A stretch of 64,000 nt of DNA, taken from assembly GCA_963712935.1 (NCBI GenBank), contig CAVQJX010000016.1:14350-78349 (forward strand), read 5' to 3'. The position numbers were made by a program, and so were the translations under genes. This document shows, piece after piece, positions 19,182 to 28,452 of the stretch. This DNA comes from an uncultured Actinomycetota bacterium (GTDB taxonomy: Bacteria > Actinomycetota > Actinomycetes > Propionibacteriales > Nocardioidaceae). Numbering within the stretch: position 1 is the stretch's first letter; every line of letters starts with the position of its first letter. Under the pieces are notes generated by a model that had not been told where the DNA came from, made no database searches, and saw only the letters and a list, made by a program, of their open reading frames with translations.

Positions 19182-20192
19182 CTAGCGGTCGGCCAGCGCT
19201 TCGCCGAGGTGATCGGCCACGTCCCAGGCTCCTTCGCTGGTGTTCGCCATGACGGTCCAGGTGAGATCACGATCCGGGTCGTGGACGCTCTGGAACGAGA
19301 CCCCGGCGTCGGACCCGGTGAGGCGCACGGCATTTCCGGTCGCGTACAGCCAGAAACCGAGACCGTACCGCCGCTTCCACTCAAGGAGGTCGCTGCGTGC
19401 GCGCAGCATGTCTGCTAGCTGATGCGGCGAGACGATCCGCCCTGCGAACAGTGCCTGCCAGAACGCGTGGACGTCGCTGACCGTCGTGTAGATGCCTCCG
19501 TCGCCGCTGCCCCGGACCGGCAGGTGGAGCACGTTGGTGCGCAGCCCTTCCGCTTGCAGGTAGCCACGCGCCGCCCGAGCAGGCAGCTCGTCGGAGCGGA
19601 GAAAGGCGGTGTCGTGCATACCCGCCGGGAGGCAGACCCGCTCGTTGACCAGGTCGTGAAACGGAGTGCCGGCCACCCGCTCCGCGATGAGTGCGAGCAC
19701 GACGTAACCGCTGTTGCAGTAGGAGAACTGCTGGCCCGGGGCGAACTTGGCCGCATGTCCCGCGAGGGCCGGCAGGTATCCCTCGGTGATCGCCAGTTCG
19801 TGCACCGGCACGGACATCACATAGTCGGTGATCGCGAGATCGGCCTCTTCGTCGATGTAGTCTCCGATGCCGGACCGGTGGGCCAGCAGCTGCTCGACGG
19901 TCACCCGGTCATCGATCTCAGGGAGGTCGTCACCCAGGACGGAACGCGCGGTCGTGGTCAGGTCGAGTCGCCCCTCGTCGACCAGGCACATCACGGTGAG
20001 GGCTGTGAACCCCTTGCAACCGCTGGCAATGGCGAACTGCGTATCGAGCGTGTTCGCTCTGCGGAAGCCCCGCTCGGCCAACCCGTAAGCGTCGGCCAGC
20101 TCTGGACGACCGGCGCGATCGACGCGGACCACTCCGGAGAAGCCGTGCTCCTCAGCGACCCGCGCCACCGACTCCTGTAGCCGCGTCATCAT
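19182..20192 (-). CDS. serine hydrolase, beta-lactamase (class C / PBP-like) fold
   Basis: SxxK motif (ASGCKGF) and YxN motif (YCNSGY). About 336 aa counted from the MMTRLQ start. Confidence 0.75.
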   Translation of the reverse strand: MMTRLQESVARVAEEHGFSGVVRVDRAGRPELADAYGLAERGFRRANTLDTQFAIASGCKGFTALTVMCLVDEGRLDLTTTARSVLGDDLPEIDDRVTVEQLLAHRSGIGDYIDEEADLAITDYVMSVPVHELAITEGYLPALAGHAAKFAPGQQFSYCNSGYVVLALIAERVAGTPFHDLVNERVCLPAGMHDTAFLRSDELPARAARGYLQAEGLRTNVLHLPVRGSGDGGIYTTVSDVHAFWQALFAGRIVSPHQLADMLRARSDLLEWKRRYGLGFWLYATGNAVRLTGSDAGVSFQSVHDPDRDLTWTVMANTSEGAWDVADHLGEALADR

Positions 20193-20235
20193 GGGCAGGC
20201 TGTCGGCAGCGGGAGGAACCTGGGCATGTTCACGG

Positions 20236-21614
20236 TCAGTGCTGCCAACGGGTCGCGGCCGCGAGCGCTTCGTCGCTGACCCCATCGAACAGCTCGAGCT
20301 CGCTCTCGCGCAGCGCGATGACCGATGCCGACAAGGCGCCACCGAAGGCCGTGCGCAGCGTGTCGTCCTCGGCGAAGGCGTCGGTGGCCGCGCGCAGGTC
20401 CTGCGGCAGCCGGGCGATGCCGCGTTCGGTCAGGACCGCTTCGTCCAGGACGGCCGGGTCGACGTCGACAGGCTCGGGCAACGAAGCGCCGGTCGCCATA
20501 CCGTCCATGCCGGTGGCGAGCAGGCCGGCCAGCACGAGGTAGGGGTTGGCGTGCAGGTCGAAGCACTTCACCTCGAGGTTCGCCGCCCACGGGCTGCTGC
20601 CGGTCGAGCCGGTGACCATCCGCAGCGCCGCCTCACGGTTCTCCAGCCCCCAGCACGCGAACGTGCCCGCCCAGTGCGACGGCACCTGGCGCAGGTAGCT
20701 CACCGCACTCGGTGCGCCGACCGCCATCAGGGCCGGCAATGCTGCAGCACCCCGGCGCCGAAGGCCTCTCCATCGGCGGTCAGGCCGAACGGGACCGTCG
20801 CCGTCGGCCATCAGGTTCTTGCCGTGCGCGCCACAGGCTCAGGTGGACGTGGCCGCCGTTCCCGACGCCGGGGACGGCGACCTTGGGCGAGAACGACGTC
20901 CGCAGCCCGTAGAGGTCGCCCACGGCGCGAATGGTGGAGCGGACGAGCACGGAGGTGTCGGCCGCGTCGACCGGGGACCTCCGGCGCCACCGACAGCTCG
21001 AGCTGTCCTGGTGCGTACTCCGGGTGGAACTGTTCGACCGTCACCCCCTCGTCGGTCAACGCCGAGATGACGTCACGGGCGTAGTCGGACACCTCGACCA
21101 GCCGGTTCATGCCGTACCCCGGCCCACGCATCGCCGGGTGGAAGTCGTCCTCGGGCTCGTCGCTGACGACCCACTCGATCTCGAACGCCGCCTTGACGTC
21201 GATCGACTGCTCGCCGAGCCGGTCGACCAGGTCCTGCAGGAGCAGCCGGTTGCACTGCGCGTGCGGCGCGCCGGTCTGCTCGTACCGGTCGGCCGGCGCC
21301 CACGCCCAGCCGGGTGGCCCGGCCAGCGGAACCACGCGTCGGACGTCAGGGATGATGCGGAGATCGCCGACGGGCGCCCGACCGTCCGGGTCGGCGGCGA
21401 TCCAGTCATCGAACCGGAACCGGTCGAACGACGTCGAGATACCGACACCCCACGCTGCCGTATGGGGGAGACGTGCGAGCGGTACGCACTTGACCCGGGC
21501 GATCCCCGAGTTGTCGACGAAGGTGATGGCAACGGCGGCGACATCCTGCTCCCGCAACCGGGAGACGACTTCTTCCGCGGCTGCGGCGCGCGACTCGCGT
21601 TCGGCGACGTCCAC
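20236..21614 (-). pseudogene. glutamine synthetase family (GlnA-like gamma-glutamyl ligase) gene with about four frameshifts
   Basis: ORF 20811..21614 is an N-terminal GS beta-grasp plus FHPEYAPGQLELSVAP. A third frame then reads VDAADTSVLVRSTIRAVGDLYGLRTSFSPKVAVPGVGNGGHVHLSLW. ORF 20236..20811 follows (MADGDGP..PALMAVGAPSAVSYLRQVPSHWAG..NLEVKCFDLHANPYL). An internal compensating pair restores FGLTADGEAFGAGVLQH. Confidence 0.8.
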
Positions 21615-21644
21615 GCGTGCTCCTCTCTTCCGGCGAAACGAGCC

Positions 21645-21749
21645 ATGGACAAACCCCGTCGGGCGCCATCACACTACGCATCGTAAGGATTGTCCATCGT
21701 CGACACCACTGTCGGCTGTTTCGGGGCGGCCGGTGCCGCATGTCCATCG
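21645..21749. promoter_or_regulatory. three copies of a TGTCCAT(C/G)G motif in the divergent GS-like/permease intergenic region
   Basis: CCATGGACAA at 21645 (inverted orientation). TGTCCATCG at 21691 and at 21741. Confidence 0.3.
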
Positions 21750-21777
21750 CTTCAGCACAGAACACGAGGTGATTCGT

Positions 21778-23268
21778 ATGAGCACATCCCAGCTTTCCGA
21801 CGAGAGCCAGCCCTCGACCCGACCCGGCCTCCGCCGGGGCCTGTCGGTCTGGGCAGCGGTGGGTATCTCGGTCGCGCTGATGGCCCCGAGCATGGCGGCC
21901 AACATCAACCCGCAGGGCACCGCCGGACTGGTCGGCCGGGCCACACCACTGGCGTTCTTCCTGGCTGCGGTGGCGGTGCTGCTCATCGCTTACGTCTTCG
22001 TCCGGCTCTGCCAGTACTACAAGCACGCGGGCTCGGTCTATGTCTTCGCTGGCGCGACGCTGGGGCCGCAGGTGGGGGCCACGGCCGGCTTGTCGCTGCT
22101 GGCGACGTACACGTTCTACGGGCTCGTCACCGCTTCCGCGACGGGTGTGTTCGGCGCGCAGTTCCTCGACCAGATAGGCGCCTGGAACGCCCCACCCGAC
22201 TGGGCGGGCTTCCTCATCGGCGGCCTGGCACTGCTGCTCGTGCTCGTGCTGGCCATCGCGCCGACGCACCGCGCGACCAGCACCCTGCTCACCATCGAGG
22301 GAGCGACCGTGCTGCTCATCGTTGCGATCGCAGTCATTGCGTTCGTCAAGATGGCGGCGGGTTCTGCGCCCGACGACGCCAGCCTGACCTGGGACGTGTT
22401 CAAGGTCGAGCCGGGCACGGGCACGTCGACCCTCTTCCTCGGCATCATCTTCGGGTTGTTGTCGTTCGCCGGATTCGAGGCGGCTGCCACGCTGGGCGAG
22501 GAGGCTCGCAACCCGGCCAAGGACATCCCGCGCGCGATCCTCGGTACTGCGATCTTCGGCGGCATCTACTTCACGTTCGTGACGGCCGTGGAGATGATGG
22601 CGTTCGGAACCGACAAGGCAGGGGTCGAGGCCTTCACCACGTCGAGCGCCCTGATGGGCGACGTCGGTACGGCGTTCATCGCGTCCTGGATCGGGGAAAC
22701 CATCACGTTGGGAGCGGCCATCAGTGCCTTCGGCTGCTGCCTGGCCTGTGTGGTCGGCGGCTCGCGCCTGCTGTTCGCCGTGTCCCGTGACGGCTTCCCG
22801 CACCTGCCGACCGGGCAGACGGGCCGCAACGGGACGCCCGCCGCCGCAGCAACGGCCGTGAGTGTCGCCATCGCCGTGATCGCGCTCATCTGCGCGGTGC
22901 TCTTCGGCGCGGTTCCGTTCGACACGTTCCTGTGGAGCGGCACCATCGGGACCTTGATCCTGCTGGTGGCCTATGTGCTCGCCACTATCGGGTGCATCAA
23001 GTTGCTCTTCATCGACAAGGCCATGAAGGTGCCGGCCTGGGAGATCGTGATCCCGTTGGCCGGCCTGGTGATGCTGGGCTACACGATCTACCGCAACGTC
23101 ATCCCGTATCCCACGTCGGGGCCGGCGATGTGGTTCCCGATCGTGGCGTTCGGCTGGGTGATCGTGGTGGCCATCGTGATGCTGTTGTCGCCCGTATTGG
23201 CGCAGCGGCTGTCGCGAGCACTGGTCCAGGTCGACAAGGTGGACAAGCCGGAAGGACACTACCTCTGA
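21778..23268 (+). CDS. APC superfamily amino acid/polyamine permease
   Basis: ATG at 21778 after ACGAGGTGA. 496 aa with about 12 TM helices. N-terminus GLSVWAAVGISVALMAPSMA is typical. Confidence 0.8.
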   Translation: MSTSQLSDESQPSTRPGLRRGLSVWAAVGISVALMAPSMAANINPQGTAGLVGRATPLAFFLAAVAVLLIAYVFVRLCQYYKHAGSVYVFAGATLGPQVGATAGLSLLATYTFYGLVTASATGVFGAQFLDQIGAWNAPPDWAGFLIGGLALLLVLVLAIAPTHRATSTLLTIEGATVLLIVAIAVIAFVKMAAGSAPDDASLTWDVFKVEPGTGTSTLFLGIIFGLLSFAGFEAAATLGEEARNPAKDIPRAILGTAIFGGIYFTFVTAVEMMAFGTDKAGVEAFTTSSALMGDVGTAFIASWIGETITLGAAISAFGCCLACVVGGSRLLFAVSRDGFPHLPTGQTGRNGTPAAAATAVSVAIAVIALICAVLFGAVPFDTFLWSGTIGTLILLVAYVLATIGCIKLLFIDKAMKVPAWEIVIPLAGLVMLGYTIYRNVIPYPTSGPAMWFPIVAFGWVIVVAIVMLLSPVLAQRLSRALVQVDKVDKPEGHYL

Positions 23269-24453
23269 ATGACGACCGGCCGACCAGAACAGTCCCGCGG
23301 CTACACCCCTCGCACCCGTCCCGTCGTCCCGCCGATCCACACGTCGGTCACGTACTTCCTCGACGACGAGTCCTACAAGGACGTCCAGGCAGGCGGCCTC
23401 GACGAGATCTGGTACGGGCGTTTCCGCAACCCCACGGTCGATGTGGCGGCCGAGGAGGTGCGTCGGCTGGAGGGAGCTGAGGCTGCGTTCATGACCTCCT
23501 CGGGCATGGGCGCGATCGCCACCACGCTCCTCACCCTGTTGCGCCGCGGCGACCGGCTCGTCGCTGCGACGCAGGTGTACGGCGACACCCGTGACCTCCT
23601 GGTCCGGGACCTCCCGTCGTGGGGGTTCGACGTCGTCCAGGTGGATGCGGCCGACCTGGACGCCTGGCGCGACGCGATCGTCGGTGGGCAGACCCGGGTG
23701 CTCTACGTCGAGACGCTCGCCAACCCGCAGCTCGAGCTGGCCGATCTCATGGCGCTGGCCGCGTTGGCGCATGAGCACGGGGCGCAGCTCGTCGTGGACA
23801 ACACGTTCGCGACGCCCTACTGCGTGCAGCCGCTCGACGTCGGCGCGGACGTCGTCGTCCACTCGGCGACGAAGTTCCTCAACGGTCACAGCGACGCCAT
23901 CGCGGGTGCTGTCGTCGGGTCATACGACCTGGTACGTGAGGTGCAGCGTCGGGTCATCACGCTGGGCACCTGCCTCGACCCGCACACCGCCTTTCTGGTG
24001 TGGCGGGGCATGCAGACGTTCGAGCTTCGTATGCGTCAGTCGATGGCGACGGCCCGTCGGCTCGCGCAGACATTGAGTGAGCATCCGGACGTGATCGGTG
24101 TCCGATACCCGGGGCTGGCCGGTGACCCGCGCGCTGAGGTCGCAGACCGTCTGCTCCGACGGGATGCAGATGGCAGCGTGCGGGCCGGGGCGATGGTGGC
24201 CTTCACCGTTGCGGGCGGTGATGACCGAGCGCTGCGAGCCATGCGGGCGATGACCGTCGCGTGTGAGGCCACCAGCCTCGGTGGCGTCGAGACCCTGGTC
24301 AGTACGCCGTTCAACTCCTCGCACTTCTCGCTCACCCCGGAAGAACGCACGGCCGCCCGCATCGACGACGGCATGATCCGCCTGTCGTGCGGGGTCGAGC
24401 CGGCCGAGGCACTGATTGCCGACGTCGTGGCAGCGCTTGAAGGGACTCGCTGA
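23269..24453 (+). CDS. PLP-dependent Cys/Met metabolism enzyme (cystathionine gamma-synthase/lyase, methionine gamma-lyase family)
   Basis: 394 aa. PLP-lysine motif HSATKFLNGHSD. Family-typical YGRFRNPT and SLGGVETL. Confidence 0.85.
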   Translation: MTTGRPEQSRGYTPRTRPVVPPIHTSVTYFLDDESYKDVQAGGLDEIWYGRFRNPTVDVAAEEVRRLEGAEAAFMTSSGMGAIATTLLTLLRRGDRLVAATQVYGDTRDLLVRDLPSWGFDVVQVDAADLDAWRDAIVGGQTRVLYVETLANPQLELADLMALAALAHEHGAQLVVDNTFATPYCVQPLDVGADVVVHSATKFLNGHSDAIAGAVVGSYDLVREVQRRVITLGTCLDPHTAFLVWRGMQTFELRMRQSMATARRLAQTLSEHPDVIGVRYPGLAGDPRAEVADRLLRRDADGSVRAGAMVAFTVAGGDDRALRAMRAMTVACEATSLGGVETLVSTPFNSSHFSLTPEERTAARIDDGMIRLSCGVEPAEALIADVVAALEGTR

Positions 24454-25577
24454 TGCACGGGCCGCTCGAGCACGTCACCCTTCCGCTCGTCGACCACCAC
24501 TGCCACGGGTTGGTACGCCGGGACGTGGACCGCCCCGGGTTCGAGGGCCTGCTCAACGAGGCGCCCGGCGCCAGCGCTCTCGGCACCTCGGTGTTCGACT
24601 CGATGCTCGGCCTAGCCGTCCGGCGGCACTGCGCTCCGCTGCTCGACCTCGAACCCCTCGTCGACCCGGACAGCTACCTCCGTCGGCGTACCGAGCTGGG
24701 GCGCGACGAGACCTCACGCCGGATGTTGTCGGCCGCGGGCATCGCCGACTTCATCGTCGACACGGGATACGTTCCCGAACCGATCACGGACCCTGCGGCG
24801 CTGGCGACCCTCGCCGGAGACGCCCGGGGCCACGAGATCATCCGTCTCGAGGTGGTCGGGCAAGACCTCCTCGCTGCCGGCATCCGGCCAGTGGACTTCG
24901 GGGAGGCGTTGCGCGAGCGGCTGAAGGCCTCGGGGGCGGTCGGCGCGAAAAGCATCGCGGCCTACCGGGTGGGGCTTGCGCTACCTGGCGAGCGACCCTC
25001 GGACGATGAGCTGGCGGCCGCGTTGACGGGCGTGGCAGCGGATGCGTCAGGTGCCTTCCGGATCGCCCATCCCGTCGTCAACGGGTACCTCGCCTGGACG
25101 GCCATCGAGCTCGGCATGCCACTGCAGTTCCATGTGGGATACGGCGACAGCGACGTCGACCTCCTCGACTGCGACCCGCTGCGGCTGACCCCCTTCCTCC
25201 GCGCGACGCAGGATTGTGGCGTCCCGGTCCTGCTGCTGCACAACTACCCGTTCCACCGCAACGCGAGCTATCTGGCCCAGGTCTTCGATCACGTCTTCAT
25301 GGACGTCGGGCTGGCGGTGCACAACACCGGTGCGCTGTCGCGGGCGCTGATCGCCGAAAGCCTCGAGCTGGTGCCGTTCGGCAAGATGCTGTTCTCGTCC
25401 GACGCGTTCGGGCTACCGGAGCTCTACCTGCTCGGGGCGATGCTGTTCCGTCAGGGACTCGACGAGGTGCTGACGTCGTTGGTCGAACGCGGTGAGATGG
25501 GTCGCGCCGACGCCGACCGCATCGCCGGGCTGATCTGCGCCGAGAACGCCCGTCGCGTGTACCGGCTAGCGGGCTGA
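24453..25577 (+). CDS. amidohydrolase family protein (metal-dependent hydrolase)
   Basis: 374 aa. N-terminal VDHHCHG metal-binding motif. Start is coupled to the upstream stop. Confidence 0.6.
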   Translation: MHGPLEHVTLPLVDHHCHGLVRRDVDRPGFEGLLNEAPGASALGTSVFDSMLGLAVRRHCAPLLDLEPLVDPDSYLRRRTELGRDETSRRMLSAAGIADFIVDTGYVPEPITDPAALATLAGDARGHEIIRLEVVGQDLLAAGIRPVDFGEALRERLKASGAVGAKSIAAYRVGLALPGERPSDDELAAALTGVAADASGAFRIAHPVVNGYLAWTAIELGMPLQFHVGYGDSDVDLLDCDPLRLTPFLRATQDCGVPVLLLHNYPFHRNASYLAQVFDHVFMDVGLAVHNTGALSRALIAESLELVPFGKMLFSSDAFGLPELYLLGAMLFRQGLDEVLTSLVERGEMGRADADRIAGLICAENARRVYRLAG

Positions 25578-25598
25578 CCGGGAGGGACGGGACACGCC

Positions 25599-26495
25599 AT
25601 GACTCCGGTCCGGTCCCGAGCGACGCTGTCGGATCCCACCGTCCTCTGGGTCCTGGCTGCGCTCGCCATGGTCGCCTTCGCGGCGAACTCCGTGCTGAAC
25701 CGCCTCGCACTGGACGGCGACGCCATCGATGCCGGGACCTTCACCCTGGTGCGGCTGGCGTCTGGGGCGGTCGTGCTCACGGCGCTCGCGCTCCCGTTGG
25801 CGAAGGGGGCGACACAGCCCCGGCGGGCAGCCGGGTCGTGGCAGTCGGCGGGTCTGCTGCTCGTGTACGCCGCCACGTTCTCGTACTCCTACCTCAGCCT
25901 GGGTGCGGCCACCGGCGCGCTGCTCATGTTCACCGTGGTGCAGGCGGTGATGTTCACGGCCGCGATCCGGTCGGCTGAGCATCCCGGTGTAGCCGGGTGG
26001 TCCGGCCTGGCCTTGGCCCTCGCGGGTCTGCTGCTGCTGCTGGCTCCCGGTGCGAAGTCGCCCGACCCGGTCGGCGCCGTCCTGATGGTGTGCGCCGGGG
26101 TCGCGTGGGCGGGGTACACGCTCCGCGGCCGCGCGCTGGGCAACCCGATCGCCGTCAACGCAGGGAACTTCCTCCGGAGCGTACCGATGGCGGTGGTGCT
26201 GTACGTGGTCCTCATCGCCGTAGACAGGCCGGGCGTGCACGCGAGTCTGCACGGGATAGTGCTGGCCGTCCTGTCCGGCGCGGTGGCCTCGGGGCTGGGC
26301 TACGCGCTCTGGTACACGGTGCTGCCCTTCCTCACCCGCGTGCAGTCCGGCATCGTGCAGCTCGCGCCTCCACCGATCGCTGCGATCGCCGGGCTGCTGA
26401 TCCTGAGCGAGCCGATCACGGTGCGGGTGCTGGCGGCTACGGTTCTCGTCTTCGGCGGTGTCATCATCGGGCTGCGGCGGCGGTCGGCGACCTGA
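25599..26495 (+). CDS. DMT superfamily (EamA-like) transporter
   Basis: 298 aa, about 10 TM helices, duplicated EamA-like halves. Confidence 0.75.
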   Translation: MTPVRSRATLSDPTVLWVLAALAMVAFAANSVLNRLALDGDAIDAGTFTLVRLASGAVVLTALALPLAKGATQPRRAAGSWQSAGLLLVYAATFSYSYLSLGAATGALLMFTVVQAVMFTAAIRSAEHPGVAGWSGLALALAGLLLLLAPGAKSPDPVGAVLMVCAGVAWAGYTLRGRALGNPIAVNAGNFLRSVPMAVVLYVVLIAVDRPGVHASLHGIVLAVLSGAVASGLGYALWYTVLPFLTRVQSGIVQLAPPPIAAIAGLLILSEPITVRVLAATVLVFGGVIIGLRRRSAT

Positions 26496-26566
26496 CCGGA
26501 CAACGTGCGTGTGAGCGCTGGACGCGGAGCGGCGGGAGTCGCCGGGCCGCTGGGTAGGCTTGCCGG

Positions 26567-28003
26567 GTGACGAAGTCGCGGAGCGGTTCGGGTGTGCGAG
26601 GTACAACCGAGGGAGTCAGCGAGCCTGCCGACCTGATGGTCATCTTCGGGATCACCGGCGACCTCGCACACAAGATGACCTTCCATGCTCTGTACCGGTT
26701 GGAGCGAAGGGGGCTGCTTGACTGCCTCATCGTCGGGGTGGCGGCCGATGAGCTTTCCACCGCTGACCTGGTGGAGCGGGCCAAGACCGCCATCGGGGAG
26801 TCCGGGGAGCAGCTCGATCAGGCGGTCTTCGATCGGCTCGCAGCTCGGCTGTCCTACCTGCACGGAGACGTCACGGATCCCTCGTTGTACAAGGAGCTCG
26901 CCGCGCAGATGGGGGACCACCGCCGGCCGTTGTTCTATCTGGAGATGCCGCCGTCGCTGTTCGGCCCGATCGTCGAACAGCTCGCGGCAGCAGACCTGCT
27001 CGAGGGTGCCCGGGTCGCCGTCGAGAAGCCGTTCGGCCATGACCTGACCTCCGCCCGGGAGCTGGACGCTCGGCTGCACCAGGTACTCAGCGAGGAACAG
27101 ATCCTTCGGGTGGACCACTTCCTCGGCAAGGAACCCGTCATCGAGCTGGAGTACCTGCGCTTTGCCAACCTGGCGCTGGCGGAGCTCTGGGACCGCAAGA
27201 GCGTGTCGTGCATCCAGATCACCATGGCCGAGAACTTCGGTGTCGAGGATCGCGGCTCGTTCTACGACGCTGTGGGGGCGCTTCGCGACGTCGTCCAGAA
27301 CCACCTGCTGCAGGTGCTCGCGCTGGTGGCCATGGAGCCTCCGGCCGGCGCCAGCTCCGCGGAGCTGCGGGACAAGAAGGCCGAAGTGTTCAAGGCGATG
27401 CCGGCCGTCGACCCGCAGCACTGCGTGCGCGGACAATACGACGGCTACGCCGACGTCCCCGGCGTCGCGGCCGGGTCGTCGACGGAGACGTTCGTCGCCC
27501 TGCGCCTGGAGATCGACAACTGGCGCTGGGCCGGTGTGCCGATCTTCCTGCGTGCGGGCAAGGCGATGGCCGAGTCGGTGACCGAGGTGCGGCTCTTCCT
27601 CCGCCGCACGCCGCCGCTCACGTTCCTCCCGACGCCTACCCAGGTCGAGCCCAACCAGATCGTGCTGCGGATCGACCCACAGCCGGGTCTGCAGCTCCAG
27701 CTCGCCACCCGCGGTGACGGCTCCTGGCGGCCGGTCCGGCTCGAGAACCTCTTCGCTGAGGAGCTCGGCGAGCCACGGGAGCCCTACGAACGTCTGCTGC
27801 GTGCCGCACTCGTCGGCGACTCGGGGCTGTTCGCACGCGAGGACAGCGTCGAGGAGACCTGGCGGATCGTGCAACCGCTCCTGGACCACCCACCGATGGT
27901 CCGCTCCTACGAGCAAGGTTCCTGGGGACCCGCGACTGCGGACGAGCTGCTTCGCGGGCATCCGCGCTGGCAGCACCCGTGGGTCGCGGTGGGCTCGCCA
28001 TGA
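26567..28003 (+). CDS. zwf: glucose-6-phosphate 1-dehydrogenase
   Basis: VIFGITGDLAHKM NADP motif and active-site RVDHFLGKE. 478 aa. Confidence 0.9.
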   Translation: MTKSRSGSGVRGTTEGVSEPADLMVIFGITGDLAHKMTFHALYRLERRGLLDCLIVGVAADELSTADLVERAKTAIGESGEQLDQAVFDRLAARLSYLHGDVTDPSLYKELAAQMGDHRRPLFYLEMPPSLFGPIVEQLAAADLLEGARVAVEKPFGHDLTSARELDARLHQVLSEEQILRVDHFLGKEPVIELEYLRFANLALAELWDRKSVSCIQITMAENFGVEDRGSFYDAVGALRDVVQNHLLQVLALVAMEPPAGASSAELRDKKAEVFKAMPAVDPQHCVRGQYDGYADVPGVAAGSSTETFVALRLEIDNWRWAGVPIFLRAGKAMAESVTEVRLFLRRTPPLTFLPTPTQVEPNQIVLRIDPQPGLQLQLATRGDGSWRPVRLENLFAEELGEPREPYERLLRAALVGDSGLFAREDSVEETWRIVQPLLDHPPMVRSYEQGSWGPATADELLRGHPRWQHPWVAVGSP

Positions 28004-28431
28004 CCATCGACGTGCGCCCGACCGTGGTCGTGCACCGGCGGCGTCCAGACGTAGCGGCGTACATGTTCGACCCGACGCGCGACCTGGAGTGGACGGGCGG
28101 CATCACGGCGAGCCGACCCGCCCAGCACGGCCTTCTGGTCGAGGGCGCGACGGTCGAGCGGGACGCTCGCTTCATGGGCCGGCGCTTCACCTACGGTTAC
28201 GCGGTGACGGCGTACGAGCCGGACCGGCTGGCCGAGCTCGAGGTCGCACGCCCCTTCCCGATGCTGGTCAGGTATGAGCTGGAGGACCATCCCGAAGGCA
28301 CGCTCGTGGCGATCCATGCGCACGGTGACCCGGGCCGGTTCTTCGGCTGGGCTTCGCCACTGATGCGGCGGGCCGTGGCCAAGAACATCCGCGCCGACCT
28401 CGCCCGCCTCCGCGCCCGGCTCGAGGCCTGA
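28000..28431 (+). CDS. SRPBCC (polyketide cyclase/START-like) family protein
   Basis: ATGA overlap with the zwf stop. 143 aa. General SRPBCC pattern (DPTRDLEWTGGI). Confidence 0.55.
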   Translation: MTIDVRPTVVVHRRRPDVAAYMFDPTRDLEWTGGITASRPAQHGLLVEGATVERDARFMGRRFTYGYAVTAYEPDRLAELEVARPFPMLVRYELEDHPEGTLVAIHAHGDPGRFFGWASPLMRRAVAKNIRADLARLRARLEA

Positions 28432-28452
28432 CGCCTCACAGCCGCAGGTGGC

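Noticed and set aside
21406-23889. Other very long antisense ORFs: 21406-23889, 40083-42233, 55690-57411, 26300-27976, 3365-5002, 5003-6397, 8898-9965, 25566-26606, and the upper part of 42741-44555
   Set aside because: Each lies opposite a confidently identified gene (APC permease, ABC-F, mfd, zwf, D-aminoacylase, PucR, SBP, DMT, tam/GNAT). Each shows the same Arg/Pro/Gly-rich composition with no recognisable domain.
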